Shown here: positions 9,839 to 18,866 of the stretch, piece after piece | Layout: each line of letters opens with the position of its first letter | How positions within the stretch are numbered: the first letter of the stretch is position 1 | NCBI GenBank assembly: GCA_001000675.1 | Contig: LCHW01000003.1 | Location: forward strand, 3,873-67,872 | Direction: 5' to 3' | DNA length: 64,000 nucleotides | DNA from: Candidatus Wolfebacteria bacterium GW2011_GWE2_44_13 | Lineage (GTDB): Bacteria; Patescibacteriota; Minisyncoccia; UBA6257; UBA9933 | Translations under genes and position numbers: made by a program | The notes under the pieces: generated by a model | The model's input: the letters and a program-made list of their open reading frames with translations, nothing else | The model's database searches: none | What the model was told of the DNA's origin: nothing

Positions 9839-10375
9839 TTATCTAAAATCGACTCGTTTTGCAGTTGCTTGGTCTCCTGTCTGTCTTCGGAAAATACTTA
9901 CCTTTTCTGTATCAACAACGGGCACTCCTTTTTCTCGTTGCGGTATAGGATTTTTCGATGTTGTAAGATCTCCTGATAATTTATTAATTGATGGCATTTG
10001 TGCGGTGAATTTTTTAAGCGTATTCCGTTGATCCACGATGTGCTCTTCTGATACTGGCATTTGTGGAAATTCGGGAACCTCTATCGTCCTCTCTTGCGCT
10101 TCGCGCTTCCAGAGATACAAACGTGGTTTCCAAAAAAATCCAAGGGCAGCAAAGGCTATACGTGGCAACGGTTGTCCATTAACTTTTACCAGCGCAAGTG
10201 CAAGCGCACCTCCCAGCGCAACAAGCCCAATAAGTAATGCGGCAAAAAATGGCAGGAGCGTAAACGCCAAAAAAGTAACTATTCCACCCCCTACGACATA
10301 CAATAATTGTCGTAACGAGAACGGTCCAGCTATTTTATCCTCCATTTCAATGAATTGCGGGATTTGGAATTGCAT
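9839..10375 (-). CDS. Small two-TM membrane protein, VirB3-like by position
   Basis: 178 aa with two adjacent hydrophobic helices. It sits immediately upstream of the VirB4 ORFs, which is the conserved VirB3-VirB4 order. Confidence 0.35.
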   Translation of the reverse strand: MQFQIPQFIEMEDKIAGPFSLRQLLYVVGGGIVTFLAFTLLPFFAALLIGLVALGGALALALVKVNGQPLPRIAFAALGFFWKPRLYLWKREAQERTIEVPEFPQMPVSEEHIVDQRNTLKKFTAQMPSINKLSGDLTTSKNPIPQREKGVPVVDTEKVSIFRRQTGDQATAKRVDFR

Positions 10376-10415
10376 TACAGTAAAGTTTTCGGTTAATCGA
10401 GCAATTCGTTGCTTC

Positions 10416-11714
10416 TTATTTCTTATCGTCTACTCGTTCTAAAATTCGTAAATCAATAACATCGCCACTTACCGGTATCTCAGCTAATCGTGGCTCTTTT
10501 TCTGCAGTGGCTTGCGCCGTCATTGAAGGTTCGCCTCGCTGCGGCGTTTTCATAACTTCTCCTAGTGGTATCTGTGGCGACACGACAGGCGCGACAGCTG
10601 GTTGCATAGGAGTAGTAACTGACTGTTGCATATCCTGTATACTATTGGCAGATTTTTGCTCAAAGTTTACCTCGTGTTCTTGCTTTGTTACGGGCGCAAA
10701 TGCCGTAGCTTGCCGTTGTTCCTGTGCTTGTTCTCTTGCGCTGCTTTGTAGTGTTTCTATCGGCCTTACTTCCTCTGTTTTTTGTTCAGATGCTGGTTGC
10801 TCGTCATGGGCCATTAAGTCAACCATCTTGGGCTCAAAATTAACCTCGTGTTCTTGCTTTGTTACGGGCGCAAATGCCGTAGCTTGCCGTTGTTCCTGTG
10901 CTTGCTGCCCAAAGATATCTTCGGTCGCCTTTGCGGCTGTATAATGCACAACGCGCGGTGCTTGCTGCTCGGTTCTTGCAACATCCCCTGCTTTGCGCTG
11001 GAGCCCTTCTGCCATACTTACTTGCGCCGTAATTGCAGCTCCTCCATTTTCTACTCCCTTTTCCTTTCCAAAGCCAAACATTCCTCCAAACGAACTAAAT
11101 GACCTCCCTTTTCGAGAAACCGTTTTTAGCTCTGTCTCCGAGTGAATCATTGTCGGCGCCGCAATCCCCTCTTCTTGTATTTGATCTTTAGGCGCTTCCG
11201 CTATCACAGCTGCAGACGCATCTTCACCGTCCTGTATTTTTATCTTTCGCACATCAAATTGCGTAGACTCTTTTGTTGTCATTACTGCAGGTTCACCCAG
11301 CTCTGCTGGTGTATATAATTCTCCGCTCGCTTTTGCACGCTCTCTAATTTCAACACTTGTTTCTTCGATAATCCGCGGACCACTTCCAGATACTGTTCTG
11401 TACAATTTTAATATATCCCCTCTAACCGGATCGAATATTCTATGATCAACTTGAAAAATAATCGCATCCGCGGCCTTCTTATCGATACCAGGAATTGACT
11501 GCAATTCTGCCGAAAAATCATTGATGTGCGTAAAGCCGAGCACGATATTCCCTACTACGTTTGCAACATTCTTTATGATGTCCTTGGGCAATCCAGCTTC
11601 TTCGCAGACATTCGAAATAGCCTCTCCGTTTTCGAATGAGAAAAAGGCTTCTCGCAAGCTCTCTGGCGTTGCTTCCCATCGGTCATAAATTTGTTCTTTC
11701 GTAATTATTTGCAT
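10416..11714 (-). CDS. Hypothetical protein with internal tandem repeat
   Basis: 432 aa. The 25-aa unit EQAQEQRQATAFAPVTKQEHEVNFE occurs twice. Confidence 0.45.
   Translation of the reverse strand: MQIITKEQIYDRWEATPESLREAFFSFENGEAISNVCEEAGLPKDIIKNVANVVGNIVLGFTHINDFSAELQSIPGIDKKAADAIIFQVDHRIFDPVRGDILKLYRTVSGSGPRIIEETSVEIRERAKASGELYTPAELGEPAVMTTKESTQFDVRKIKIQDGEDASAAVIAEAPKDQIQEEGIAAPTMIHSETELKTVSRKGRSFSSFGGMFGFGKEKGVENGGAAITAQVSMAEGLQRKAGDVARTEQQAPRVVHYTAAKATEDIFGQQAQEQRQATAFAPVTKQEHEVNFEPKMVDLMAHDEQPASEQKTEEVRPIETLQSSAREQAQEQRQATAFAPVTKQEHEVNFEQKSANSIQDMQQSVTTPMQPAVAPVVSPQIPLGEVMKTPQRGEPSMTAQATAEKEPRLAEIPVSGDVIDLRILERVDDKK
10663..10907 (-). repeat. Intragenic direct repeat (two copies of about 65 bp, identical)
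   Basis: aacctcgtgttcttgctttgttacgggcgcaaatgccgtagcttgccgttgttcctgtgcttg at about 10663 and about 10843. Confidence 0.8.
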
Positions 11715-11760
11715 ATTTTTTCGAGTACGCTCGTGTTATGAGCGTACTCGTTGTTTCGTT

Positions 11761-13863
11761 TTACGCACCACTTTCGAATAATCGACTTGCCATACTGTTT
11801 TCGAATGACTTATTGCGATTGATCATTTTTTTATAATCATGCGCCTTAAGTCTCTCCATCGTCATTGCATTTGCATTCTTTTTTATGGCCTCGTACGCTT
11901 CTTTCATATCCATCCCTTCAATATTCTCTACCCCTGAAGCAACAGACACTTCTTTCAACAATGCCATAGCTTCCTTTTGTGATTCCTCGTGCACGGCTCT
12001 TATTTCACTCGCAAACTTTGCCATCTTTTCTTTGTCTTTCATCTTTCCCGCGACTTTCGCAATTGCGCCAGGGAATTCCGCTACCATGCGCTTACGCGCC
12101 TCTTGTGCAAACTCAGAATCTCCGGTATATGCCGATTCTGGCATATCCGCATAATCCTTAGCCGAAGTGAAGCCTTCGTAGAACTTTGTCATCGCTTCGT
12201 CCAACTCTCTCTGTGCTGCTTCTACCTCTGCTGAAGTTGTCGCCCCTGCTGGCATATTAGCTATCGCAGCCTTCTTTGCTTTCGATGCCTTCACCATAGC
12301 AGCACTCTTTCCGGCTGCCTTTTCCATCTTCCCGTGTGCCTTTCCATCTCCGTACTGGGCAAATGCTGGACCCATTGTCTCGATATCTCGCTCAAGTACT
12401 GTTTCGTTAATCTTGTCCACCTTATTAGCCTTCACAAGTCGATCCATGGCAAATACCTTTTCATCCCTACTCATCGTCGAGTAGCGCAATGCCAAATCAT
12501 CATCGGACATTTTCCCAAAGCTCTCATCAAATGCTTTCTTTACCGCTGCTTTCTGACCTTCTGAAATTGCGCCTCCTGCACGACCCAGCTTTCCAGCGGC
12601 CCAGCCCTTTACTCCGCCTTCTCCTTCCATCTTACGCAATCTTTCTGCTCTGTCTGCCAGGCCTACTTTACTACTAAGAGCCGTTACTCCTCGATTCTTT
12701 AAACGCAATGATTCTCTTCGTCCATACGCGGCTGTTCCAGCGGCAGCGCCAACTGCAGCTCCTCTTGCACCTTTACCCCATCCTTGAATCTTTCCTTGAC
12801 CCCATCCGGTCATCGATCCCATCATATCCTTCCCTCCTTTTGCTCCGGAAATACTAATACTGTTTGCGGCAATTAATGACATAATCATCAACATAACAGC
12901 TATTACCATTTGGATAATCGCGCCAGTCATCGATGGCGCGAGCCCATCACCAAAAACAGCTGCTGCCGTTCCTACTGCAGGAGCTTCTTCATTTCCCTTT
13001 AACGCGCTCAACGATGTGAGCGAAAGCCACATGAAAAATATCATAACCGGAGGGAACATGGTCCAACGCACAAAGTCATTCCACCATTTATCCCAGTGCT
13101 TTTTTGTACCTGGGAATATCCACGCGACAAAAATGATCGGGGTTAACGTCAATAAAAACGTGAGGATAAAGAACCGTACAAACATCATCGCTGCGATTGT
13201 AAGCATAATAACCGATGCAATGAGCGTAAATATAACGACAAATGCTCCGCTTATTAAAATCATCAGCATCGCAGTCCCGAACTTATCCATTGCTCCTTGA
13301 CCCCCGACACCCGAAGTACTTAATAAGCCCGATATGTCAAACGCAGACGCAAGCGCTGATGAAATATTATCGCCCGTTAAGCCAGATTGATTCGCAAAAA
13401 ACTCAGTGGCCATACCCGACATATCTAAAAATACGCCAGGGATTACTAAGCTAAAGTTTACCAACAACGCAATAACGATTAACCGTGGCAATGCCTTTTG
13501 CATGCCATAGGTTTGCGAATTCAGCATTGTTGCAAATGCAATAATGATTAATGCGACAACGAGTGCAAGGTCGGCAACGTTTACAAATACTGTCCATCCA
13601 TTAAACAAGAACGCATTTGATTCTGGATCGAGAATATTATTATTGAGCCGCATTGCCACTTCGATCATCCATCCACCCGCCATAAATATCTTTTGCGCGA
13701 GTGCGGTAAGCAATGTAAGCAATACTAAGACGAGCTTCGTGACTACATTTGTTGAAAGTGACGTAAGGTCAAAAAATCCCGCGTGCGCCTTGGTTGTAAG
13801 CGCAAATTCAAAAAGCACAGCAAGTAACCCAACCGAAATAAATTTTTTATAGATTGATTGCAT
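11761..13863 (-). CDS. VirB6/TrbL-like polytopic inner-membrane protein
   Basis: 700 aa, signal peptide, more than 8 TM helices in the N-terminal 350 aa, G/A/K-rich and coiled C-terminal half. The topology is typical of T4SS VirB6/TrbL. Confidence 0.55.
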   Translation of the reverse strand: MQSIYKKFISVGLLAVLFEFALTTKAHAGFFDLTSLSTNVVTKLVLVLLTLLTALAQKIFMAGGWMIEVAMRLNNNILDPESNAFLFNGWTVFVNVADLALVVALIIIAFATMLNSQTYGMQKALPRLIVIALLVNFSLVIPGVFLDMSGMATEFFANQSGLTGDNISSALASAFDISGLLSTSGVGGQGAMDKFGTAMLMILISGAFVVIFTLIASVIMLTIAAMMFVRFFILTFLLTLTPIIFVAWIFPGTKKHWDKWWNDFVRWTMFPPVMIFFMWLSLTSLSALKGNEEAPAVGTAAAVFGDGLAPSMTGAIIQMVIAVMLMIMSLIAANSISISGAKGGKDMMGSMTGWGQGKIQGWGKGARGAAVGAAAGTAAYGRRESLRLKNRGVTALSSKVGLADRAERLRKMEGEGGVKGWAAGKLGRAGGAISEGQKAAVKKAFDESFGKMSDDDLALRYSTMSRDEKVFAMDRLVKANKVDKINETVLERDIETMGPAFAQYGDGKAHGKMEKAAGKSAAMVKASKAKKAAIANMPAGATTSAEVEAAQRELDEAMTKFYEGFTSAKDYADMPESAYTGDSEFAQEARKRMVAEFPGAIAKVAGKMKDKEKMAKFASEIRAVHEESQKEAMALLKEVSVASGVENIEGMDMKEAYEAIKKNANAMTMERLKAHDYKKMINRNKSFENSMASRLFESGA

Positions 13864-13890
13864 GTGCTTTTTACTACTTTTCTTCTTCTA

Positions 13891-15444
13891 TTACTGACCG
13901 ATAGGCGCTGTACTTTCTATTGTTCGACATGTTGTCAAACGAGTTAACACGAGATTCAAATCGCCAGCCAGAGCAACTGCCTGACTTTTTGCTTCTATAA
14001 GGACATTTGGCTCCGGAGCACTCGGGTCTTCACTTAACCCCTCGCCAGCGAGCGTGTATTTTTCGTTAAATTTCTTTAGTGCAGTTTTTATGAGTGTTAA
14101 TTCCCTTGTTTTTGATAGATCCGCTGCATTTATCTTATTTATCAATTCATTCGCCTCATCAAATTTTGCTTGGTATATTGCAATTGTCGCTACAAGCTTA
14201 TTTCCTTTGGTGCGCGCATCACTTACTTCGCCGTCGGTCACAGTAGGAGGGCATTCGTATACAATGAATGGGTTGGGTGATGGTATGGCCGCTAATTTTT
14301 CTTGAATTGTCTTTATCGCTCCTAAATTTGAAACAATTTGAGCGTTATATGTTGCGGATTCGTTCTTTGCAGCAATCATCGCCTTCCATAGGTCATAGAA
14401 TGGCTGTACTTGGTCTATAAAATCATCTTTTGTAGCGTTATTAAGCGCGTCTATCTGGTCCTGAAAATCGTCCGATGGATTATATCCACTTCCCGGAGCA
14501 GGTTTACCTGTCATCAACGAAAGTCCTTCGCTCATCATTCTGTTTATGCCAGCGTTGATTGCTGCAGAAATAATACTTTGCACTCCTGACACATAAATAT
14601 TATCAGATCCGATCATATTTTTAACCGTTCCCGCAACTGCATCTCCAGGGGTTTGTACCTGCTCTTTTGTACACGATTTATTTTGATCGGCGTAATCGTA
14701 GCAATAGTTAGGGTTACCTGTGTCGAAGTAATTATTTTCAACACAATAATCGTATAGCTTTTGGCTGTCATCCTCGACACACTTACTTACCGATAAAAAT
14801 CCACTTCCAGCCCCTGCCTCCTGCTTTTTCTTTTCTTCAGTAGCTGTTGACCGGATTTTCATATCATCATCAAACATTGCCAGCTGCATGTATAAATTAT
14901 TCTCCGGCTTTAATGACTCACCGTATGCAAGCCATCCACCATTTTCAAAATTTTCATAAAAATCTTCGACGTTCGCTACGATGTCCGAGATAGTACATTT
15001 TGCCTTTTGACTTATTGGCTTTGTTTCAGGAATCAATGCTAGCTGCAGCTGAAATGCAAACGGAACACACAAATCAGCCATTTGTGATTGGCTTATTGTT
15101 TGGTTCACCCCCTCCATGGCGGCGTCCTTTAAGAACCCTTGCCAGTCATCAACGAATCGCGGACTTCCATTCCCCTGAATCCACGCGACGGTCTGCTTAT
15201 TTATTTCATCAACCATCGCCTTTACTATTTGGTCACGTAACGTCTTCATTAACTCCTCCTTGACCCATTGCCCGAGCTGCGTAACCCAATTCGCCACGTC
15301 CTTGTATATCTCCATTTTTTTCAACGCAATTAACCCAGCGTCAACAACCGGAATAGCGTACGTTTTTTGAGGAGTTGCTAATCCAACGAACAGCACCGAC
15401 ACACATACGAACAATGCAACAATTTTTTTAAGAGTATTAGACAT
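13891..15444 (-). CDS. Hypothetical secreted protein (signal peptide, Cys-containing)
   Basis: 517 aa, N-terminal signal ending at the YA/IP cleavage-like site, several Cys pairs, coiled-coil segments. Confidence 0.45.
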   Translation of the reverse strand: MSNTLKKIVALFVCVSVLFVGLATPQKTYAIPVVDAGLIALKKMEIYKDVANWVTQLGQWVKEELMKTLRDQIVKAMVDEINKQTVAWIQGNGSPRFVDDWQGFLKDAAMEGVNQTISQSQMADLCVPFAFQLQLALIPETKPISQKAKCTISDIVANVEDFYENFENGGWLAYGESLKPENNLYMQLAMFDDDMKIRSTATEEKKKQEAGAGSGFLSVSKCVEDDSQKLYDYCVENNYFDTGNPNYCYDYADQNKSCTKEQVQTPGDAVAGTVKNMIGSDNIYVSGVQSIISAAINAGINRMMSEGLSLMTGKPAPGSGYNPSDDFQDQIDALNNATKDDFIDQVQPFYDLWKAMIAAKNESATYNAQIVSNLGAIKTIQEKLAAIPSPNPFIVYECPPTVTDGEVSDARTKGNKLVATIAIYQAKFDEANELINKINAADLSKTRELTLIKTALKKFNEKYTLAGEGLSEDPSAPEPNVLIEAKSQAVALAGDLNLVLTRLTTCRTIESTAPIGQ

Positions 15445-15448
15445 GAGA

Positions 15449-16267
15449 TTATAATCCTACTTCGGCGTACATTTTCACTAACGACTTTTGTAATGTGTCT
15501 GAATTTTTTATAAAGTCTGGTAATACCTGTGTCGCTAGTAGTCCTTTTAGCGGATCATTATAGCAATTTGCAATCGAGTTAAAAATTATATTCCCTTTCC
15601 GATAATGTGTGATTATTTGTCGATGGAATTCAGCCCACTGAGACGGCACCTGTATGCGAATAACGTCGTCTGCAGTTTCAGTATATGTCGTAGCCATTTC
15701 TCTCCCAACACCGCTTTCCTTCCCTGCACACGCGCGCTCGATTAGTCCTTGCACTCCTCCTTCTACGTTTTCGTAGCTCTTCTTGGCTGGGTGTCGCGCT
15801 AGCGCAGCTTCTAAATCACTGAGGTATCTTTTTTTTGCATCTTGCGTGTTATTTGCAATTATTTTTAGGTCCTTATCGGTTACCGAGATTGTCGCAAATA
15901 GCGATTCAGTCGATGTATCTACTGAGCGAGTAATTGAGCTCTGCACTGCAAATGAATTTGCAGTATCTTCGTCAAAGGGATTTTTCCCTTCCTGGTCAAG
16001 CTGCTTCATTTGCTCAAAAGTTGCGAGGGCAACGCTTTCTGTTACATTATTTTTATCCCCCTCCTTCTCACTCGTAACCGCTGCAAGCCAATCTGTTGAG
16101 ACTCCTATATCTTCGAGAAATCCGGATGCAGAAGAACCATCTAATGATGGTTGTGATTTTTCATTTACTTGCTGTTGACTATCCTCTCCTCGATTGACTA
16201 CGGCATACGATCCAAATAACACAATCGCAATTGCCGCAAATATAATTGCCATTCGATTTCTCTGCAT
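15449..16267 (-). CDS. Hypothetical membrane-anchored protein
   Basis: 272 aa with N-terminal TM. It is the first gene of the minus-strand cluster, with a possible TTGCGG-17-TATACT promoter just upstream. Confidence 0.45.
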   Translation of the reverse strand: MQRNRMAIIFAAIAIVLFGSYAVVNRGEDSQQQVNEKSQPSLDGSSASGFLEDIGVSTDWLAAVTSEKEGDKNNVTESVALATFEQMKQLDQEGKNPFDEDTANSFAVQSSITRSVDTSTESLFATISVTDKDLKIIANNTQDAKKRYLSDLEAALARHPAKKSYENVEGGVQGLIERACAGKESGVGREMATTYTETADDVIRIQVPSQWAEFHRQIITHYRKGNIIFNSIANCYNDPLKGLLATQVLPDFIKNSDTLQKSLVKMYAEVGL

Positions 16268-16313
16268 AATAGTTATAGTATACCTTTTAATCTCTTTGTC
16301 CGCAATATTAGCA

Positions 16314-17864
16314 TCACTCTCCTTGTCCAGTCATCGTTGAATAATACGTGGGTATATACTGATTAAAATAATTGTTCATAAGTGGCATCATTAAGCGCTC
16401 TACGGGAGCATGGTTATCTTTTAATAAAACTCCCTTGCTGGCGACAATACTATCGTCAATAAGCAGCTTCGATAAAAATTCTCCATTTTCTCCCCGTGCT
16501 ATTTTTTCTCGTATCTCTTGTATATTTATCGCGTTATTTGTGTTTACCCCTACAAGAACAATATTTTGCGGCGCATATTCACTTTCCCCATATGCAAACA
16601 TTACATATTGGCTAAAGGTTTCTCTAAATGTTTTCCCTATACTCTCAAAAAGTCCGGCATTTTCTCCTGCTCGTGCTGAAATAAAATTTACTGCGTATAA
16701 ACCATTTTCATTTAAATGATTTTTCACCTCTTCATTAAACTCCCTTGTTGTCATATGCCATGGCACAGAAACAAACGAGTTATACGCATCAGAAAATATG
16801 AGGTCGTATTTTTTATCCGTTCGCTGTAAAAAAACTCGCCCATCGGCAACTTCAGTCTGCATTGGGTATTCTCTTAATTTAAAATAGTCTTCTGCGACCT
16901 GCTGTACTTTTGGGTCGATTTCTACGGTTGTCACATTTGCATCTTTATATGCGGAGACGATTTTTTTCGAAAGCGTGTACGATCCTCCTCCTATCACAAG
17001 AACATCTTTCATCGAACTCCCCATTGCAGAAAATATCGGGTATATATCGGGGTAAAGATTAAGCTTCTGCCCTTCCAGGCCTTCTACACTATGCGAATCG
17101 GCGTCTAAAAATAATGTTCGCACCTTGCCGTTTTTCTCGGTACTACTGTCTACTACTTGAATCTTATAATACTCACTTTCCGCAGCGAACACTTTTCCCC
17201 GCACATCGGTGAATAAATGCATTACGTATGTCACCACCCCTACGCATAAAAACAGTACTGCGATCCATGCTAATCGTTTTTTAGATGTATACAGGATAGC
17301 TGCATTTATTAATAGCACTATAGCAATTAGTAGTATCGTGGCAGAGCTCCCTACATATCCGATAAAATAAAAGCCGGCAAGAAATGTACCGACAATACTC
17401 CCTAGTGACCATGTAGCTGATATTTGTCCTGATTTAATGCCCGTTGTTTCCGTTGTTTTAAGATGAAGCTTTAAAATACTCGGGTATAGTGTTCCGAAAA
17501 GTACCGCTGGCACAAAAAATAGTACTAATGCTAATAATAATGTTGTTATCGAAATAGGTAATCCCAAAAGCGCAACTACTGGGGAAAAATACGCCCCCAA
17601 TGGTATTAAGAATGTCACTATCGAGGTTATCGCAAATAATAACGAGAGCTCTTTTCTCGATCCATATTTATCCGCATATATACCACCTCCATAGTTTCCG
17701 ATTGCCATGCCGAACAACACGACACCAATAACTGACGTCCATGTGTAAATTGATGACCCTACGTATGGCGCCATAATACGCGTCGCGATTAGCTCGATAA
17801 CCATCAAGGCAAATCCTGCGATAAAAGCCGACCCGATTAATATATTGCGATCATTTTTTATCAT
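16314..17864 (-). CDS. speE: Polyamine aminopropyltransferase (spermidine synthase) fused to an N-terminal multi-TM domain
   Basis: The C-terminal domain has VLVIGGGSYTLSKKIV ... VEIDPKV ... DLIFSDAYNS. The N-terminal 200 aa has multiple TM helices. Confidence 0.7.
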   Translation of the reverse strand: MIKNDRNILIGSAFIAGFALMVIELIATRIMAPYVGSSIYTWTSVIGVVLFGMAIGNYGGGIYADKYGSRKELSLLFAITSIVTFLIPLGAYFSPVVALLGLPISITTLLLALVLFFVPAVLFGTLYPSILKLHLKTTETTGIKSGQISATWSLGSIVGTFLAGFYFIGYVGSSATILLIAIVLLINAAILYTSKKRLAWIAVLFLCVGVVTYVMHLFTDVRGKVFAAESEYYKIQVVDSSTEKNGKVRTLFLDADSHSVEGLEGQKLNLYPDIYPIFSAMGSSMKDVLVIGGGSYTLSKKIVSAYKDANVTTVEIDPKVQQVAEDYFKLREYPMQTEVADGRVFLQRTDKKYDLIFSDAYNSFVSVPWHMTTREFNEEVKNHLNENGLYAVNFISARAGENAGLFESIGKTFRETFSQYVMFAYGESEYAPQNIVLVGVNTNNAINIQEIREKIARGENGEFLSKLLIDDSIVASKGVLLKDNHAPVERLMMPLMNNYFNQYIPTYYSTMTGQGE

Positions 17865-18735
17865 ATTTTTTCATCAAAATAACTATCTCTTCCATGGACA
17901 AATCTTGGGGTCGCTTTCGCTCATCAATGCCAATTTCGTTCAATATTTTTATTACCCGCTCTTTACCCTCTTCTTTCCCTGTGAGATTATTCGCAATTGT
18001 TTTGCGGGGTTGGGTGAATAATTTTTTTATAAACGTATAATATTTTTTACTATCTTCTTCTGTTGGCTGCACATCCAGTCGAATTGTGGCACTGTCTACC
18101 TTCGGAGGCGGGTTAAAATCCTTCTTCGGAACGCTTTCTACGATATCCGGATTTGCCCAAAATTGCACACTCGCGGCAAGCAAATTCATCTGTGGAGCTT
18201 TTGCGCAAATACGCTCGGCAACTTCTTTTTGAATTGTCATTACTACTCGTGTTGGTTTCTGTTCTAACTCTTCGATAACACGCAACAAGTACCCTGTTAT
18301 ATAATATGGAATATTCCCCGCTATTTTATAAGAGGGCATCTCTGTTTGGCGATCTACTGCGTTGCCTTCTCGTTTTCTCCCTCGAGGTAGCATTACTACA
18401 TCTCGGTCGCAAGCCTCGCCGGCGCCTTGTATCTCATCCAAACATACACGCCCCTCGCTTAATGCGTTTACTATAATAGGAAGTGTTTCCAGTGCGTTTC
18501 CTCCAATGACTGTAAATTTCTCTTTTGCAAACTTTTTTCGTAATGCAGGAATGAGCTGTGTATCACGTTCTAATGCAATAATCTGTGCGCCTGCATCTAA
18601 TAAATACTGCGTCAGCTCACCGTGCCCAGGACCAACTTCAATCACAATGTCGCGCTTGCGAATACCAAGTGCCTTTGCTACGTTTTCCAGCTTCTCGTTA
18701 TTGATTAAAAAATGTTGCCCTAATCGCTGACCCAT
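17851..18735 (-). CDS. rsmA: 16S rRNA (adenine1518/1519-N6)-dimethyltransferase
   Basis: MGQRLGQHFLINNEKL ... IEVGPGHGELT ... AGNIPYYITG. It has a central insertion of about 40 aa. Confidence 0.85.
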   Translation of the reverse strand: MGQRLGQHFLINNEKLENVAKALGIRKRDIVIEVGPGHGELTQYLLDAGAQIIALERDTQLIPALRKKFAKEKFTVIGGNALETLPIIVNALSEGRVCLDEIQGAGEACDRDVVMLPRGRKREGNAVDRQTEMPSYKIAGNIPYYITGYLLRVIEELEQKPTRVVMTIQKEVAERICAKAPQMNLLAASVQFWANPDIVESVPKKDFNPPPKVDSATIRLDVQPTEEDSKKYYTFIKKLFTQPRKTIANNLTGKEEGKERVIKILNEIGIDERKRPQDLSMEEIVILMKKYDKK

Positions 18736-18835
18736 AATACTTTTTATTATATAGTAGACAACCGAAAGAAAAAAGTTCGGCAGCTATCTATTCGGCAACC
18801 GTATTGCCGAATTGCCGAACCTTTCCTTTGCCGAT

Positions 18836-18866
18836 TAAAAAACAGGCCTTTGGGCCTGCTTTTTAA
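18836..18866 (-). terminator. Rho-independent terminator (bidirectional hairpin)
   Basis: caggcc tttg ggcctg with T-runs on both sides. It lies downstream of the helicase gene. Confidence 0.6.

Noticed and set aside
10663-10907. Possible CRISPR array, because of the identical repeats
   Set aside because: Only two copies. The repeats are 65 bp, in-frame and coding (they produce a repeated peptide), and no cas genes are present.
12334-13852. Several plus-strand ORFs of 60-100 aa inside large minus-strand genes (for example 12334..12564, 13016..13300, 13544..13852)
   Set aside because: They are antisense to well-supported long CDSs, have low-complexity translations and lack RBS, so they are likely noncoding.
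4655-16267. Island as a conjugative element or ICE
   Set aside because: No relaxase, coupling protein (VirD4), integrase or origin-of-transfer-like repeats were seen. It is called a T4SS-like machine only.
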